Shown piece by piece: positions 39,092 to 48,570 of a stretch of DNA of 64,000 nt (within the stretch, counting starts at the first letter, position 1; each line of letters starts with the position of its first letter). The position numbers were made by a program, and so were the translations under genes. The DNA comes from Planctomycetota bacterium. Lineage in GTDB: Bacteria; Planctomycetota; B15-G4; SIAN01. The notes below the pieces were generated by a model. That model had not been told where the DNA came from. It ran no database searches and saw nothing but the letters and a program-made list of their open reading frames with translations. The DNA is taken from assembly GCA_031409275.1 (NCBI GenBank), contig JANNXA010000009.1, positions 96,001-160,000 on the forward strand, given 5' to 3'.

Positions 39092-40348
39092 CTTGCCGGT
39101 GTAGGTGCCGCCGTGAGTCGGCGCGCCGACCACCAACGTCTCGTCACCGATCCCGACCGCCGAGCCGTAGTTGTCCGCCGTCCCCTTGTCGCTGCCGCCG
39201 AGCTCCTGATCCAGGGACCAGCCACGGTTGAACCGCCCCTTGCGGAACGACCAGGCGCGGTTGACGGCGTAGTAGTCGGTTCCCGCCAGCGCCGTCTTGC
39301 CGCGCAATGCCACCGACCGACCGAAGTAGACGTAGTTCAGGGCGATCGGATTGGCGAAGGTGCCGCTCGGCGTCCACGTCCCGTTGCGCAACGTGAAGAA
39401 GTGGACGGCGCCGGTGCCCGCGGGCCCGCCCACGACGTTGTGGCTCGGCGCACCGACGATCAGGTCGACGCCGTCGAGCGCCACCGAGTAGCCGAACGCC
39501 TCGACGTTCGCGCTGGGCCCCCGCAGCTCGAGCGAGTGGGTCCAATTCGTGGCGCCCTTGGTCCAGATCGACACGCTGCCCTCGTTCGCGAAGCCGAGGC
39601 TGCCCACCTCGCCGGGCGTTCCGACCAGCGCCGTCGTGCCGTCGAACGCGAGGCTGCTGCCGGCGTAGTCGTAGCCGCTCCCGTCCGGGTCGAGCAGCGT
39701 CGTCGTCTCGTTCCAGCTTCGATTGGGTCGGTCGTACTCGAAGACGTGGACCTGCCCGGAGTTGATGCCCAGCGTGGTGTTCTCGTAGGGCGCGCCCACC
39801 AGCAGCACATCGTCGTGCACCGCCAGAGCGCGGCCGAACTGCATGTTGGTGAGAGCGACCGTCGACGTCAGGCGCGCTTCATGGATCCAACTCCCGGTGG
39901 ACGGCCGGCTGCCGCGGAAGAGGTGCACGGCGCCGCAGTCGACCGCGGTTGCCGAATCCTCGTAGCGCGCCGACACCGCGATCACCTCGCCGTGGATCGC
40001 GACGGCATAGCCGAAGGCGCCGTTGGTCTCGGGCGTCGACGAGGTGAGCGTGGCATCGAGGAGCCACTCCTGCGTCGCCGGGTCGAAACGGAAGACCCAT
40101 GTCTTCCCGGCGCTCGAGGCCGTTCCGCCCTCGCCGCGACCACCGATGACCATCAGGTCGCCGTCGATCGCGATCCTGTCGCCGAAGTACTCATTGCTGA
40201 TCGGCACCGGCGAGGTCAGTTGCTGCACCTCGACCGCCTGCGCCGAGGCGGTCGCCGGATGGAGCGCGAAGGAGGCCACGGCGATCGCCGCGCTGACGGC
40301 AACGAGCGAGCGGGAACGGACAAAGAAGGTCGCGAGCGGACGGTGCAT
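38783..40348 (-). CDS. Secreted FG-GAP beta-propeller, paralog 2
   Basis: GGAG RBS before ATG40348; FG-GAP repeats; C-terminal domain. Confidence 0.9.
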   Translation of the reverse strand: MHRPLATFFVRSRSLVAVSAAIAVASFALHPATASAQAVEVQQLTSPVPISNEYFGDRIAIDGDLMVIGGRGEGGTASSAGKTWVFRFDPATQEWLLDATLTSSTPETNGAFGYAVAIHGEVIAVSARYEDSATAVDCGAVHLFRGSRPSTGSWIHEARLTSTVALTNMQFGRALAVHDDVLLVGAPYENTTLGINSGQVHVFEYDRPNRSWNETTTLLDPDGSGYDYAGSSLAFDGTTALVGTPGEVGSLGFANEGSVSIWTKGATNWTHSLELRGPSANVEAFGYSVALDGVDLIVGAPSHNVVGGPAGTGAVHFFTLRNGTWTPSGTFANPIALNYVYFGRSVALRGKTALAGTDYYAVNRAWSFRKGRFNRGWSLDQELGGSDKGTADNYGSAVGIGDETLVVGAPTHGGTYTGKVYLFDSDEINLSITPTQPAPGQTISVSVYDGTPGDPVMLVVDEIDGIPTWIVLTLDVFDATHRYEFDADAENPLLGFNVGLLALKLSPTGPVVFSDRVNVDL

Positions 40349-40436
40349 GGTGTGCTCCAGGAGATTCATCACGGCAGGAGGATCGGTTAGGGCAGCCGGG
40401 CGAAGCCGGTTGGAGATACTCGGACAGACTCGTAGG

Positions 40437-40461
40437 TCCCGATCGCGCGGACGGCGTTCCA
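40437..40461 (-). promoter_or_regulatory. Putative ECF promoter TGGAAC-N15-GGGA (variant)
   Basis: Motif shared upstream of the array genes; weaker match. Confidence 0.45.
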
Positions 40462-40539
40462 TGGCGGCGCGAAAGTCACGGCACGCCCCGGAGTGGAACG
40501 GAGAGTGGTGCGGGCGGGGCCGTCGCGGCCGGGCCGCAC

Positions 40540-40848
40540 TCAGAGATCGACGTTCACGCGGTCCGAGAAGACCACCGGACCGGTCGGGCTCAGCTTGAGA
40601 GCAAGCACGCCGACGTTGAACCCAAGCAGGGGGTTCTCCGCGTCGGCGTCGAACTCGAAGCGATGGTTCGCGGCGAACGTGTCGAGCGTCAGCACGATCC
40701 AGGTCGGGATGCCGTCAATCTCGTCGACCACCAGCATCACCGGATCGCCTGGCGTCCCGTCATAGACCGAGACGCTGATCGTCTGGCCGGGAGCTGGCTG
40801 CGTCGGCGTGATGGAGAGGTTGATCTCGTCGGAATCGAAGAGGTAGAC
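40540..40848 (-). repeat. 309-nt direct repeat copy B (3' end of paralog 3)
   Basis: Near-identical to 38783-39091. Confidence 0.9.
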
Positions 40849-42108
40849 GCCGCCGTGATCCGCGAAGAACGGGATGTCGATGCCGGGAGCCCCGACCAGC
40901 AGTTGCTCGCCGCTGATGGCGAGCGCTGCACCGTAGTCATCCGCAAAGACGAGGCTGCTGGCGCCGAGTTCCTGGTCGAAGAACCAGCCCTTCTGGAAGC
41001 GGCCCTTGCGGTAGGACGCAGCCTGATTCGCGTAGCCGGTTCCAGCCATGGCGATCTTCCCCTCGATCGTGACGGAGCTGCCGTAGGCCTCGAACACCCA
41101 CGGGTCGGGGTTCTCGAAAGTGCCGCTGTGCTGCCAGCTGCCGTTGTGCAGCGTGAAGAAGTGGACGCCGCCGCAGTAGGCCTTTCCGGAGCTGCCGCTC
41201 CAACCCGGCGCGCCAACGATCATGTCGACGCCGTTGACGCGGTCGAGCGCCACCGCCGCGCCGAACTGCTCGCCGCCGACCGGCGCTGGCGACACGAGTT
41301 CGCGCGTGTGCGTCCAGGTCGAGGCGCTCTTGGTCCAGAGCGAGACGGTGCCGGTGTTGAAGGCGCCGGCACCGGTCACTTCGCCGGGTGTTCCAACGAG
41401 TGCGGTCGTGCCATCGAAGGCCACCGACGCGCCGGCGTAGTCGAAGCCCGAGGCGTCGGGATCGAGCAGCGGTGCCGACTCGTTCCAGACCTGGCCGACG
41501 CTGTCGTACTCGAAGACGTGAACCTGCCCCGTGCTGGCGCCCATCGCCGTGTACTCGTACGGCGCGCCGGCCAGCAGCACGTCGCCATGCAGCGCCAGCG
41601 ACTTGCCGAACTCGTTGTTGGACGTCGCCACGGTCGAGGTCAGCCGCTGTTGGTGGACCCAGGTGCCGCCGACCGCGCTGCCGCCGCGGAAGAGGTGGAC
41701 CGCACCGCAATCGGACGCGCTGCTCGAGTCCTCGTAGCGCGCTGCGACCGCGATGACGTCGCCGTGGATCGCGACCGCGCTACCGAACGCACCGTTGGTC
41801 TCGGGCGTCGAAGAGAGGAGCGTCGTCTCGAACTGCCACTCTTCGGCGACCGGATCCCACCGATAGACGACGGCGACCCCTTCGCTGCCGGCGTAGCCGC
41901 CGGTGCTCCTGCCGCCAACCACCAGCAGATCTCCGTCGACGGCCATCGCGGAGCCGAAACGGTGGTAGGGCACGGGCACCGGCTCCTTGAGCACCTCCTG
42001 CTCGATGGCCTGCGCCCGCGCACCGTCGCCGAGCGCCACCGAGGCGCAAAGCGCCGCCAGCCCCGGCATGCCGCGCGAACGAAGGAAACGGCGGACCGAG
42101 CGATTCAT
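40540..42108 (-). CDS. Secreted FG-GAP beta-propeller, paralog 3
   Basis: AGGAG RBS before ATG42108; signal peptide (ARAQ); FG-GAP repeats. Confidence 0.9.
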   Translation of the reverse strand: MNRSVRRFLRSRGMPGLAALCASVALGDGARAQAIEQEVLKEPVPVPYHRFGSAMAVDGDLLVVGGRSTGGYAGSEGVAVVYRWDPVAEEWQFETTLLSSTPETNGAFGSAVAIHGDVIAVAARYEDSSSASDCGAVHLFRGGSAVGGTWVHQQRLTSTVATSNNEFGKSLALHGDVLLAGAPYEYTAMGASTGQVHVFEYDSVGQVWNESAPLLDPDASGFDYAGASVAFDGTTALVGTPGEVTGAGAFNTGTVSLWTKSASTWTHTRELVSPAPVGGEQFGAAVALDRVNGVDMIVGAPGWSGSSGKAYCGGVHFFTLHNGSWQHSGTFENPDPWVFEAYGSSVTIEGKIAMAGTGYANQAASYRKGRFQKGWFFDQELGASSLVFADDYGAALAISGEQLLVGAPGIDIPFFADHGGVYLFDSDEINLSITPTQPAPGQTISVSVYDGTPGDPVMLVVDEIDGIPTWIVLTLDTFAANHRFEFDADAENPLLGFNVGVLALKLSPTGPVVFSDRVNVDL

Positions 42109-42191
42109 GGTGAACTCCTGCGGAGTGGCGTCACGCGTTGGCGACGCAGGGAGGGTTGGGGGGGGTGGTGCACGCGAATCGGCGCCTCTAC

Positions 42192-42217
42192 ACCCGAGGA
42201 TTTGCCGCCGCGTTACA
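42192..42217 (-). promoter_or_regulatory. Putative ECF promoter TGTAAC-N16-GGGT
   Basis: Motif shared upstream of the array genes. Confidence 0.65.
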
Positions 42218-42321
42218 GCCGCAGCGTCATTTCCTTCGAATCGCCCTCCGCAACGCACGAGGGGCGCCCGGTCGCCCGGACGCCCCTCTCACCGTCGCTT
42301 CGCCACTAAGACGGCGTCAAC

Positions 42322-43899
42322 TCACAGGTCGATGTCGATCGCCTGCGAACCGACCAGCGGACCGCCCGCACCGATCTTCCAGGCGCGCACGGTCACCGTG
42401 CTGCCGAAGGCGGGATCAGGCGCGTCGAGCTGCAGGCTCCACGAGGAGTCGACCGCGAACACGTCGTAGAGCAGCGGAAGGAAGAGCGGGATCCCGTCGA
42501 TCGCCTCGACCGCCAGCAGCAGCGGCGAGCCGGGCGCGCCGCGATGCGCTTCGAGGTCGATCGTGGCGCCCGGCGCCGGCTGCGTCGGCGTCACCGTCAG
42601 CGTGAACTCGGCGGCGTCATAGAAGAAGAGCGCCCCGGTGTCGCGGCCGTTGCTGGTGTTGGCCCAGCGCGACGCAACGACGATGTCGGAGTTCGCGATG
42701 TTCAGGGCACCGCCGAAGTTCTCCTCGGCGATCGTCGGTCCCGCCTGCAGCTCGCTCTCGAAGTGCCACGGCCCGTTCTTCTTCTTGCCGAGCCGCCAGG
42801 TCCACACGCTGCCGATGTGGCCGCCGCCGGTCACCTCGTTCGGCGCGCCCGCGACGAACAGCCCGCCCTGCAGTTCGACCGCCGTCCCGAAGCCGCTGTT
42901 GTAGGCGAGCGTCGGCGAGTCGAAGCTCTGCTCGAGGTTGAAGAGTCCGGTGACCGTGTCCTTCACGAAGACGTAGGCGCGGCCGGCCAGCGAGTTCGCG
43001 CCGATCGTCTCCGTCGGTGCGCCGACGGCGATCCGATTGCCGTCGAGCGCAAGCGAGCTGCCGAAGTTCGCGCTCTGCTGCGGGACGTTCGCGCGGAGTT
43101 CCTGCCCTTGCGTCCAGGTCGTTCCGCTGATCGAGAAGAGCTCGACGGTGCCGGCGTAGTTCGTCGCGCCAGCCGCCCCGTTCGGCGCGGCCACCAGCAA
43201 CGTGGTCCCATCGAAGTCGATCGTCCGGCCGAAGAAGGAGGCGCTGCTGCCGTTGCTGTCGACGAGCTGCGCCTCGAAGGCGAAGAGCCCGGTCACGGCA
43301 TCGCGTCGGCACACCTGGACTGACCCGAGACCGGCGCCCGGCGCGCCGACCAGCAGCAGATCGCCCTTCAACGCCAGCCCGTAGCCGAAGCCTTCGCCGG
43401 CAATCGGCGCGTTCGAATCGAGCTTCTGCACTTCGACGAAGAGTCCGGTGATCGCGTCGCGCTCGAACAGGTAGACCGAACCCGCATCGCCGAGGTTGTT
43501 GACGACGTTGCGTGGCGCGCTGACGGCGAGGCGATCGCCATCGACGGCGACCGTCGCGCCGAACGTCTCGAAACTGGCGTAGTCGCTCGCGAAGAGCTTC
43601 TGCTGGTAGCTCCACGCACCGGTCACGGGATCGCGAACGTGGACTGTCGCGGCTCCGTGACCGCCGATCGGGTAGTAGGAGCTGTCGTTGGGAGCGCCGA
43701 CCACCATGAGGTCGCCGTCGATCGCGAACGCGGAACTCCAGTAGTTGCTGTCGGAGATGTAGGGACAGATCAACGACGACTGCTCGTTCGCCTGCGCGCG
43801 CGCATCGCCGGCGGCGATGAGAGCGGCGGCGACCGGAAGCGCGGCCGGCGCGATCCTGCGGACGACGCGTGAAAGCAGGCGATTGGCCGAAGCGGACAT
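42322..43899 (-). CDS. Secreted FG-GAP beta-propeller, paralog 4
   Basis: GAGGAG RBS before ATG43899; signal peptide (ARAQ); FG-GAP repeats. Confidence 0.9.
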   Translation of the reverse strand: MSASANRLLSRVVRRIAPAALPVAAALIAAGDARAQANEQSSLICPYISDSNYWSSAFAIDGDLMVVGAPNDSSYYPIGGHGAATVHVRDPVTGAWSYQQKLFASDYASFETFGATVAVDGDRLAVSAPRNVVNNLGDAGSVYLFERDAITGLFVEVQKLDSNAPIAGEGFGYGLALKGDLLLVGAPGAGLGSVQVCRRDAVTGLFAFEAQLVDSNGSSASFFGRTIDFDGTTLLVAAPNGAAGATNYAGTVELFSISGTTWTQGQELRANVPQQSANFGSSLALDGNRIAVGAPTETIGANSLAGRAYVFVKDTVTGLFNLEQSFDSPTLAYNSGFGTAVELQGGLFVAGAPNEVTGGGHIGSVWTWRLGKKKNGPWHFESELQAGPTIAEENFGGALNIANSDIVVASRWANTSNGRDTGALFFYDAAEFTLTVTPTQPAPGATIDLEAHRGAPGSPLLLAVEAIDGIPLFLPLLYDVFAVDSSWSLQLDAPDPAFGSTVTVRAWKIGAGGPLVGSQAIDIDL

Positions 43900-43974
43900 G
43901 GCGGAACTCCTCACAAGGACGATCAGGGAAAGGGGCGCCGGCCCGAGGGATGACTCCGCGGCGGCAGCAGTAGC

Positions 43975-44000
43975 ACCCGAACGCGGCGGCCGCCGTTACT
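43975..44000 (-). promoter_or_regulatory. Putative ECF promoter AGTAAC-N16-GGGT
   Basis: Motif shared upstream of the array genes; overlaps the stop codon of the pseudogene. Confidence 0.6.
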
Positions 44001-45136
44001 GAAGTCGCTTCCCGGCCACCGGCGCCCGGGCGACGCCCGCGCCGATCTTCCAGGCGCGCACCGACACGGTAACCCCGAACAGCGGGTCGGGAGCGTCGAG
44101 CGCCGCGTGCCACGCGTGGTCGCTGCCGAAGACGTCGGTCAGGATCGGCACGAAGAGCGGAGCCCCGTCGATCGCCTCGACCATCAACAACAGCGGGTCG
44201 CCCGGGTCGCCGCGAGTGACGTCGAGGTCGATGTTCGCGCCGGCGGCAGGCTGCGTCGGATGGACCGTGAGCACGAGTTCGGCGGCGTGGAAGAGGAAGA
44301 GCTCGCCGGAGTCGCGGCCGCTCGTCGGGTCGGTGTAGCGCGCCGCCGTCACCGCCTCGCGGTCGTCGAGCGCGACGGCATCGCCGAAGTTGTCGGCCAC
44401 CAAACCGAGGCTCGACCCGAGCTCGGTGTCGAAGTGCCACGGGCCGTTCTTCTGCTTGCCGAGGCGGTCGACCCACGCCGATCCGGAGTGGCTGCCACTG
44501 ACCCGATCTTGCGGAGCGCCGCCGACCCACATGCCGCCGTTCAGCGCGAGCGCCTGGCCGAAGTGCATCCCGACCTGCGCCTTCGGCGATGGCAGATGCT
44601 GCTCGTGGCTGAAGAGGCCGGCGGTGCGCTTGAAGACGTCGGCGGCGCCGACGCTCGCGACACCGGTTGCATCTTCCTCGGGCGAACCGATCGCCAGGCG
44701 ATCGCTATCGAGCGCGATCGCGCTGGCGAAGCAGAGATCGTCCTGCGCCACGGTGGGCAGCGGTTCCTGTCCCTGCGTCCACGTGGTGCCGCTGACCGTC
44801 CACCGATCGACCGCTCCGCCGTGTCACTTTGCCATGCGACGGCGCTGCCGCAGCCGAAGTCGGCGTCACCATCGTTGTCATCGAGCTGCGTCTCGCCGTT
44901 CCACACTCCCGTCACGGCGTCGCGACGGAAGACGTAGGCCGCGCCGGAACGGCCGATCTCGTTCACTGCCTTGCCGATCGCACCGATCGACACGACGTCG
45001 CCGTCGAGCGCCAGCGCATTGCCGGCGTAGGCATCGGGCACGTCGTAGGGCGGAACGATCGCGCCCTGCTCGTAAGCCTGCGCCGGCAAGGAGGCGTTTC
45101 CGACGAGCGCCTCGAGCTGGAACGACGCGCGGCCAT
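43996..45136 (-). pseudogene. FG-GAP paralog 5, internally deleted and frameshifted
   Basis: GGAG + ATG45136; homologous pieces are spread over ORFs 44541-45194 and 43996-44751 in different frames; about 1.14 kb versus about 1.55 kb for the intact paralogs. Confidence 0.75.
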
Positions 45137-45192
45137 GGTGGACTCCGTGAGCGAGTGAAGCGGCGTGCATCTCGCATCGGCTCGCAGGTGGC

Positions 45193-45218
45193 ACCCGACG
45201 GCAACGCGCGGCGTTACA
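45193..45218 (-). promoter_or_regulatory. Putative ECF promoter TGTAAC-N16-GGGT
   Basis: Motif shared upstream of the array genes. Confidence 0.65.
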
Positions 45219-45251
45219 CGCGTCGTCTTCACGCGCCAGGAACTTCCGCCG

Positions 45252-46391
45252 TCAGCTCGTGCCGTCGAACAGCCCACCCTGATGCGGCCCCGGACGGCGA
45301 AAGGCGGCGGTCGAGATGCCGCGCTCGCGCATGCCGGCGAGACCAGCGCGCCGCACCGCCAAGCCGAAGAGCTGTTCGAGCTGGCGCGCCCACTCCCCGT
45401 CGCCGCGGAAGCGCGTGCCGAACTCCGCGTCGTTGAGTGCGCCGCCGCGAAGCTCGCGGATGCGATCGAGCACCTTGCTGCGCCGATCGGGCTGGTGCAG
45501 CACCAGCCATTCGTCGAAGAGCTGCTTCAAGCCGTACGGCAGTCGCAAGAGCTGCCAGCTCGCCATCGTCGCGCCCGCGTCGCGCGCGGCGGCGACGATC
45601 GCCGGCATCTCGTGATCGGTCAGGCCGGGAATCACCGGCGCCACCAACACGCCGACCGGAATGCCCGCCGCCGCGAGCTGCGCGATCGCCTCGAGCCGCT
45701 TCGCCGGCCGCGACGCCCGTGGCTCGAGCTCCGCAGCGAGCTGCGCATCGAGGGTCGTCACGCTGAGGAAGACCTGCGCCGCGTCGTGCGCCGCAAGGCT
45801 GGCGAGCAGGTCGGCGTCGCGCGTGACCAACGCGTTCTTCGTGACGATGCCGACCGGGTTCCTGAAGTCAGCCAGCACTTCGAGGCAGCCGCGGGTGATC
45901 CGCAGCAGCCGTTCGACCGGCTGGTAGCAGTCGGTGACGCCCGACAGCGCCAGCAGCCGCGGCCGCCAGCTCCTCTTCATCAGCTCGCCGCGCAGCAGCT
46001 CGGGCGCGCGCCGCTTCACCAGGATCTTCGTCTCGAAGTCGAGGCCGGCGGACAGGCCGAGGTACTCATGGGTCGGGCGCGCGTAGCAGTAGACGCAGCC
46101 GTGCTCGCAACCGCGGTACGGGTTGACGCTGACGTCGAAGGGCAGGTCGGGGCTGTCGTTCTCCGACAGGATCGAACGCGAGGCGTCCTCGAAGAACTGC
46201 GTGCGCGGCGCCGGGATCGCGTCGTCACCGGCGGCGCGCGCCGCCGCTGCGACTCCTTCGAGGTCGACCTCGATCTGACGCGCGGTGAAGCGATCGGCAG
46301 GATTGGACGCGACCCCGCGACCGCGCGCCGCGAACGCCTTCGCGTCGCTCGCCGATTCGGTCGGTTCACGAGGATCCGCCACGCCGCTCAT
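45252..46391 (-). CDS. PA0069/Rv2578c-family radical SAM protein (SplB-like)
   Basis: SPDLPF, VNPYRGCEHGCVYCYARPTHEYL, TDCYQPVE and APVIPGL. Confidence 0.92.
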   Translation of the reverse strand: MSGVADPREPTESASDAKAFAARGRGVASNPADRFTARQIEVDLEGVAAAARAAGDDAIPAPRTQFFEDASRSILSENDSPDLPFDVSVNPYRGCEHGCVYCYARPTHEYLGLSAGLDFETKILVKRRAPELLRGELMKRSWRPRLLALSGVTDCYQPVERLLRITRGCLEVLADFRNPVGIVTKNALVTRDADLLASLAAHDAAQVFLSVTTLDAQLAAELEPRASRPAKRLEAIAQLAAAGIPVGVLVAPVIPGLTDHEMPAIVAAARDAGATMASWQLLRLPYGLKQLFDEWLVLHQPDRRSKVLDRIRELRGGALNDAEFGTRFRGDGEWARQLEQLFGLAVRRAGLAGMRERGISTAAFRRPGPHQGGLFDGTS

Positions 46392-46444
46392 CGATTGCCA
46401 CCCGAAGGCCGACGCAGGAAGAGTTCGGCTCGGACGGTCGATCG

Positions 46445-47425
46445 TCAGCGCGCCGCGTACGCGAGGATCGCGGCCGGTTTGCCGTCGCGAGCCGGCGCCG
46501 CGACGAAGAGCAGGGCTAGCTCCGGCACGAAGAGCGCCGTGCGGGCGCCGGCCGCGGTGGCGATCGAGGCGCTCGGCGCGAGCTCGCCCTTTGCGCCGCG
46601 CTCGAGCAGCGTGACGACCCCTTCACCGCATGCGACGTAGACGCGGTGGCGCGCGGCATCGACGAAGAGGTCGTCCGGATCGCCCCCGATCGGGAGCTCC
46701 TGGAGCAGCGCGCCGCTCGCGGCATCGAGCGCGAGGAGGCGTGCCGGCTCCCGGCAACCGATCAGCACTCGGCCGGCGGCGGCATCGAGCGCCATCGGAT
46801 AGTTGCGTGCGGCGGACGTGACCGGCCAGGTCGCGATCACCTTGCGCTGCTTGCGATCGACGACGGCGACGTGGCGTGCGTCGGGAACGTTGACGTAGAC
46901 GCGCGTGCCATCGGGATCGAGCTGCAGCGACTCGGCGTGGCCGGCGAGCGCGACCACCGCCACCCGCTCCTGCTTGGCAACGTCGACGACCGCGAGCCCC
47001 TCCTCGGTCCCGATCCACAGCAGCTCCCCGCCCTCGTCGACGCGCACGTTGTCGGCATCGCCGCCGACCGCGAGGCGCTTCTTCTCGACCAGGGTCGCCG
47101 CGTCATGCACGTGGAGCAGGCCATCGCCGCCGGTGGTGAACAGCAGCTCCTCGCGCGCCGGCAGGTAGATGATCCCTTGCGGTTCATCGAGCTTCGGAAT
47201 CGTCCCGACGCGACGTCCGACGAGCGGCTCGCTGCTGCCCCACTCGATGACCTCGACGCTGCCGTTGGCAAGCGCGGCGACGGCCAGGTGGCGGCGCTTC
47301 GCGTCCCAGGCGAGGTGGTCGATGCGCCCGCTGACGCCGGGCAGCTCGACGCGCGCGACCGACACGAGTTCGGCCGATTCGCCGCGGCAGAACGTCAACG
47401 CCGCGATCAGCAGCGCGGCGTTCAC
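46445..47425 (-). CDS. YncE/YVTN-like beta-propeller protein
   Basis: GRIDHLA, EPQGI, DADNVR, HAESLQL, NYPMALD and GARTA; GTGA overlap with the DHS-like gene. Confidence 0.8.
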   Translation of the reverse strand: MNAALLIAALTFCRGESAELVSVARVELPGVSGRIDHLAWDAKRRHLAVAALANGSVEVIEWGSSEPLVGRRVGTIPKLDEPQGIIYLPAREELLFTTGGDGLLHVHDAATLVEKKRLAVGGDADNVRVDEGGELLWIGTEEGLAVVDVAKQERVAVVALAGHAESLQLDPDGTRVYVNVPDARHVAVVDRKQRKVIATWPVTSAARNYPMALDAAAGRVLIGCREPARLLALDAASGALLQELPIGGDPDDLFVDAARHRVYVACGEGVVTLLERGAKGELAPSASIATAAGARTALFVPELALLFVAAPARDGKPAAILAYAAR

Positions 47426-48558
47426 GCCGGCTTCCACGCGGCGTCGAGCAGCTTCATCGCGGCGGGGAGCCGGTCGTAGAGCCGCATCGGCTTGCGGCGC
47501 AGCGTCGTATCGGAGAGCAGCGCCTGCGTGAGGATCGGCAGCGCGATCGTCACGTCGGTGCGCAGGTAGACGCTCTTGCTCTCCACGCACTCGATCGACG
47601 TCTTGCCCCAGGTGTGCCCTTCGCCCGCGCTGCACGACGAGAGCGCACCGTTGTCGACGACGTCGACGCAGATCTGCACGTCGATGTCGAAGCCGCGGGC
47701 GTCGACCTCGAGGATCTGCGAAAGGAGCGGCTCACCTTGCAGCGTGTAGTTCTTCGGCACGCCGCCACCGAAGATCCAGACGCTCGCCTGCCCCTGTTTG
47801 CCGCGACCGCCCTCGGCTCGCGACCAGTGCTGCAGCGCCGCCATCGAATAGACGTCGCGCGCGACGTCGAGGCGGAACTTGAAGCCCTTGGGATCCTCGC
47901 GCTCCATCTTCACGACGTTCAGGTAGATCGAGCCGTCCTGCGGCGCGCCAACGAAGACCGGCACGCCATGCCGGTAGCAGGTGGCCAGCAGCGACGGCCG
48001 CGTGATCTGCTTGTGCTCTTCGATCTGCGCGACCACGCGGCCGATCTCGTAGTGCAGCTCGGGCGTCGTCATCGAGCGCTGGAACGGTCGCGTCTTCAGC
48101 AGCTCGCAGAAGAAGCGGTCGGTGTCGAGCAGCACCTCCTCGTCGAAACCGAGGTCGTAGATGCGGATGATGCGTGCCTTGCGGTACGCGCCATCGTCGC
48201 CGGCCGGGTTCACCTCGTGGATCAGGTGGCCGAGCGTGCGATGGAGATCGTGGTAGAGGTTGGCACCCGTCGTCGTGAGGCTCGAGATCCAGCCCGCCTC
48301 GATGGCCGGGATGATCGACGACTGGTGCATGCCGGCGGGCGTCATCGCGCCCGACACGGTCGCGAACACCGCGTGGTCCTCCTCGACGCTGGCGCGCATC
48401 AGGCGATGCGCTTCGCGCAGCCCGCGGCCGGCGAAGGCGGGGAAGTGGTTCTCGAGCAGCTCGCGCGGCGTCTCACGCCCCGAAAGTGGGGCGGGATCGA
48501 CCGGTCGGACGCGCGGCTTCGCGGACTTTGCAGGCTTTGCGGGCTTCGTCTTGCTCAT
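47422..48558 (-). CDS. Deoxyhypusine synthase-like protein (possible homospermidine synthase)
   Basis: SGAMTPAG, TTGANLYHD, RIYD, GGGVPKNY and GALSS...EGHTWGK with the catalytic Lys position retained. Confidence 0.88.
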   Translation of the reverse strand: MSKTKPAKPAKSAKPRVRPVDPAPLSGRETPRELLENHFPAFAGRGLREAHRLMRASVEEDHAVFATVSGAMTPAGMHQSSIIPAIEAGWISSLTTTGANLYHDLHRTLGHLIHEVNPAGDDGAYRKARIIRIYDLGFDEEVLLDTDRFFCELLKTRPFQRSMTTPELHYEIGRVVAQIEEHKQITRPSLLATCYRHGVPVFVGAPQDGSIYLNVVKMEREDPKGFKFRLDVARDVYSMAALQHWSRAEGGRGKQGQASVWIFGGGVPKNYTLQGEPLLSQILEVDARGFDIDVQICVDVVDNGALSSCSAGEGHTWGKTSIECVESKSVYLRTDVTIALPILTQALLSDTTLRRKPMRLYDRLPAAMKLLDAAWKPA

Positions 48559-48570
48559 GAAGGCGAGTTC

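Noticed and set aside
38783..40848. Diversity-generating retroelement TR/VR pair
   Set aside because: The mismatches are not confined to adenines of one copy, both copies are coding 3' ends, and there is no reverse transcriptase in the window.
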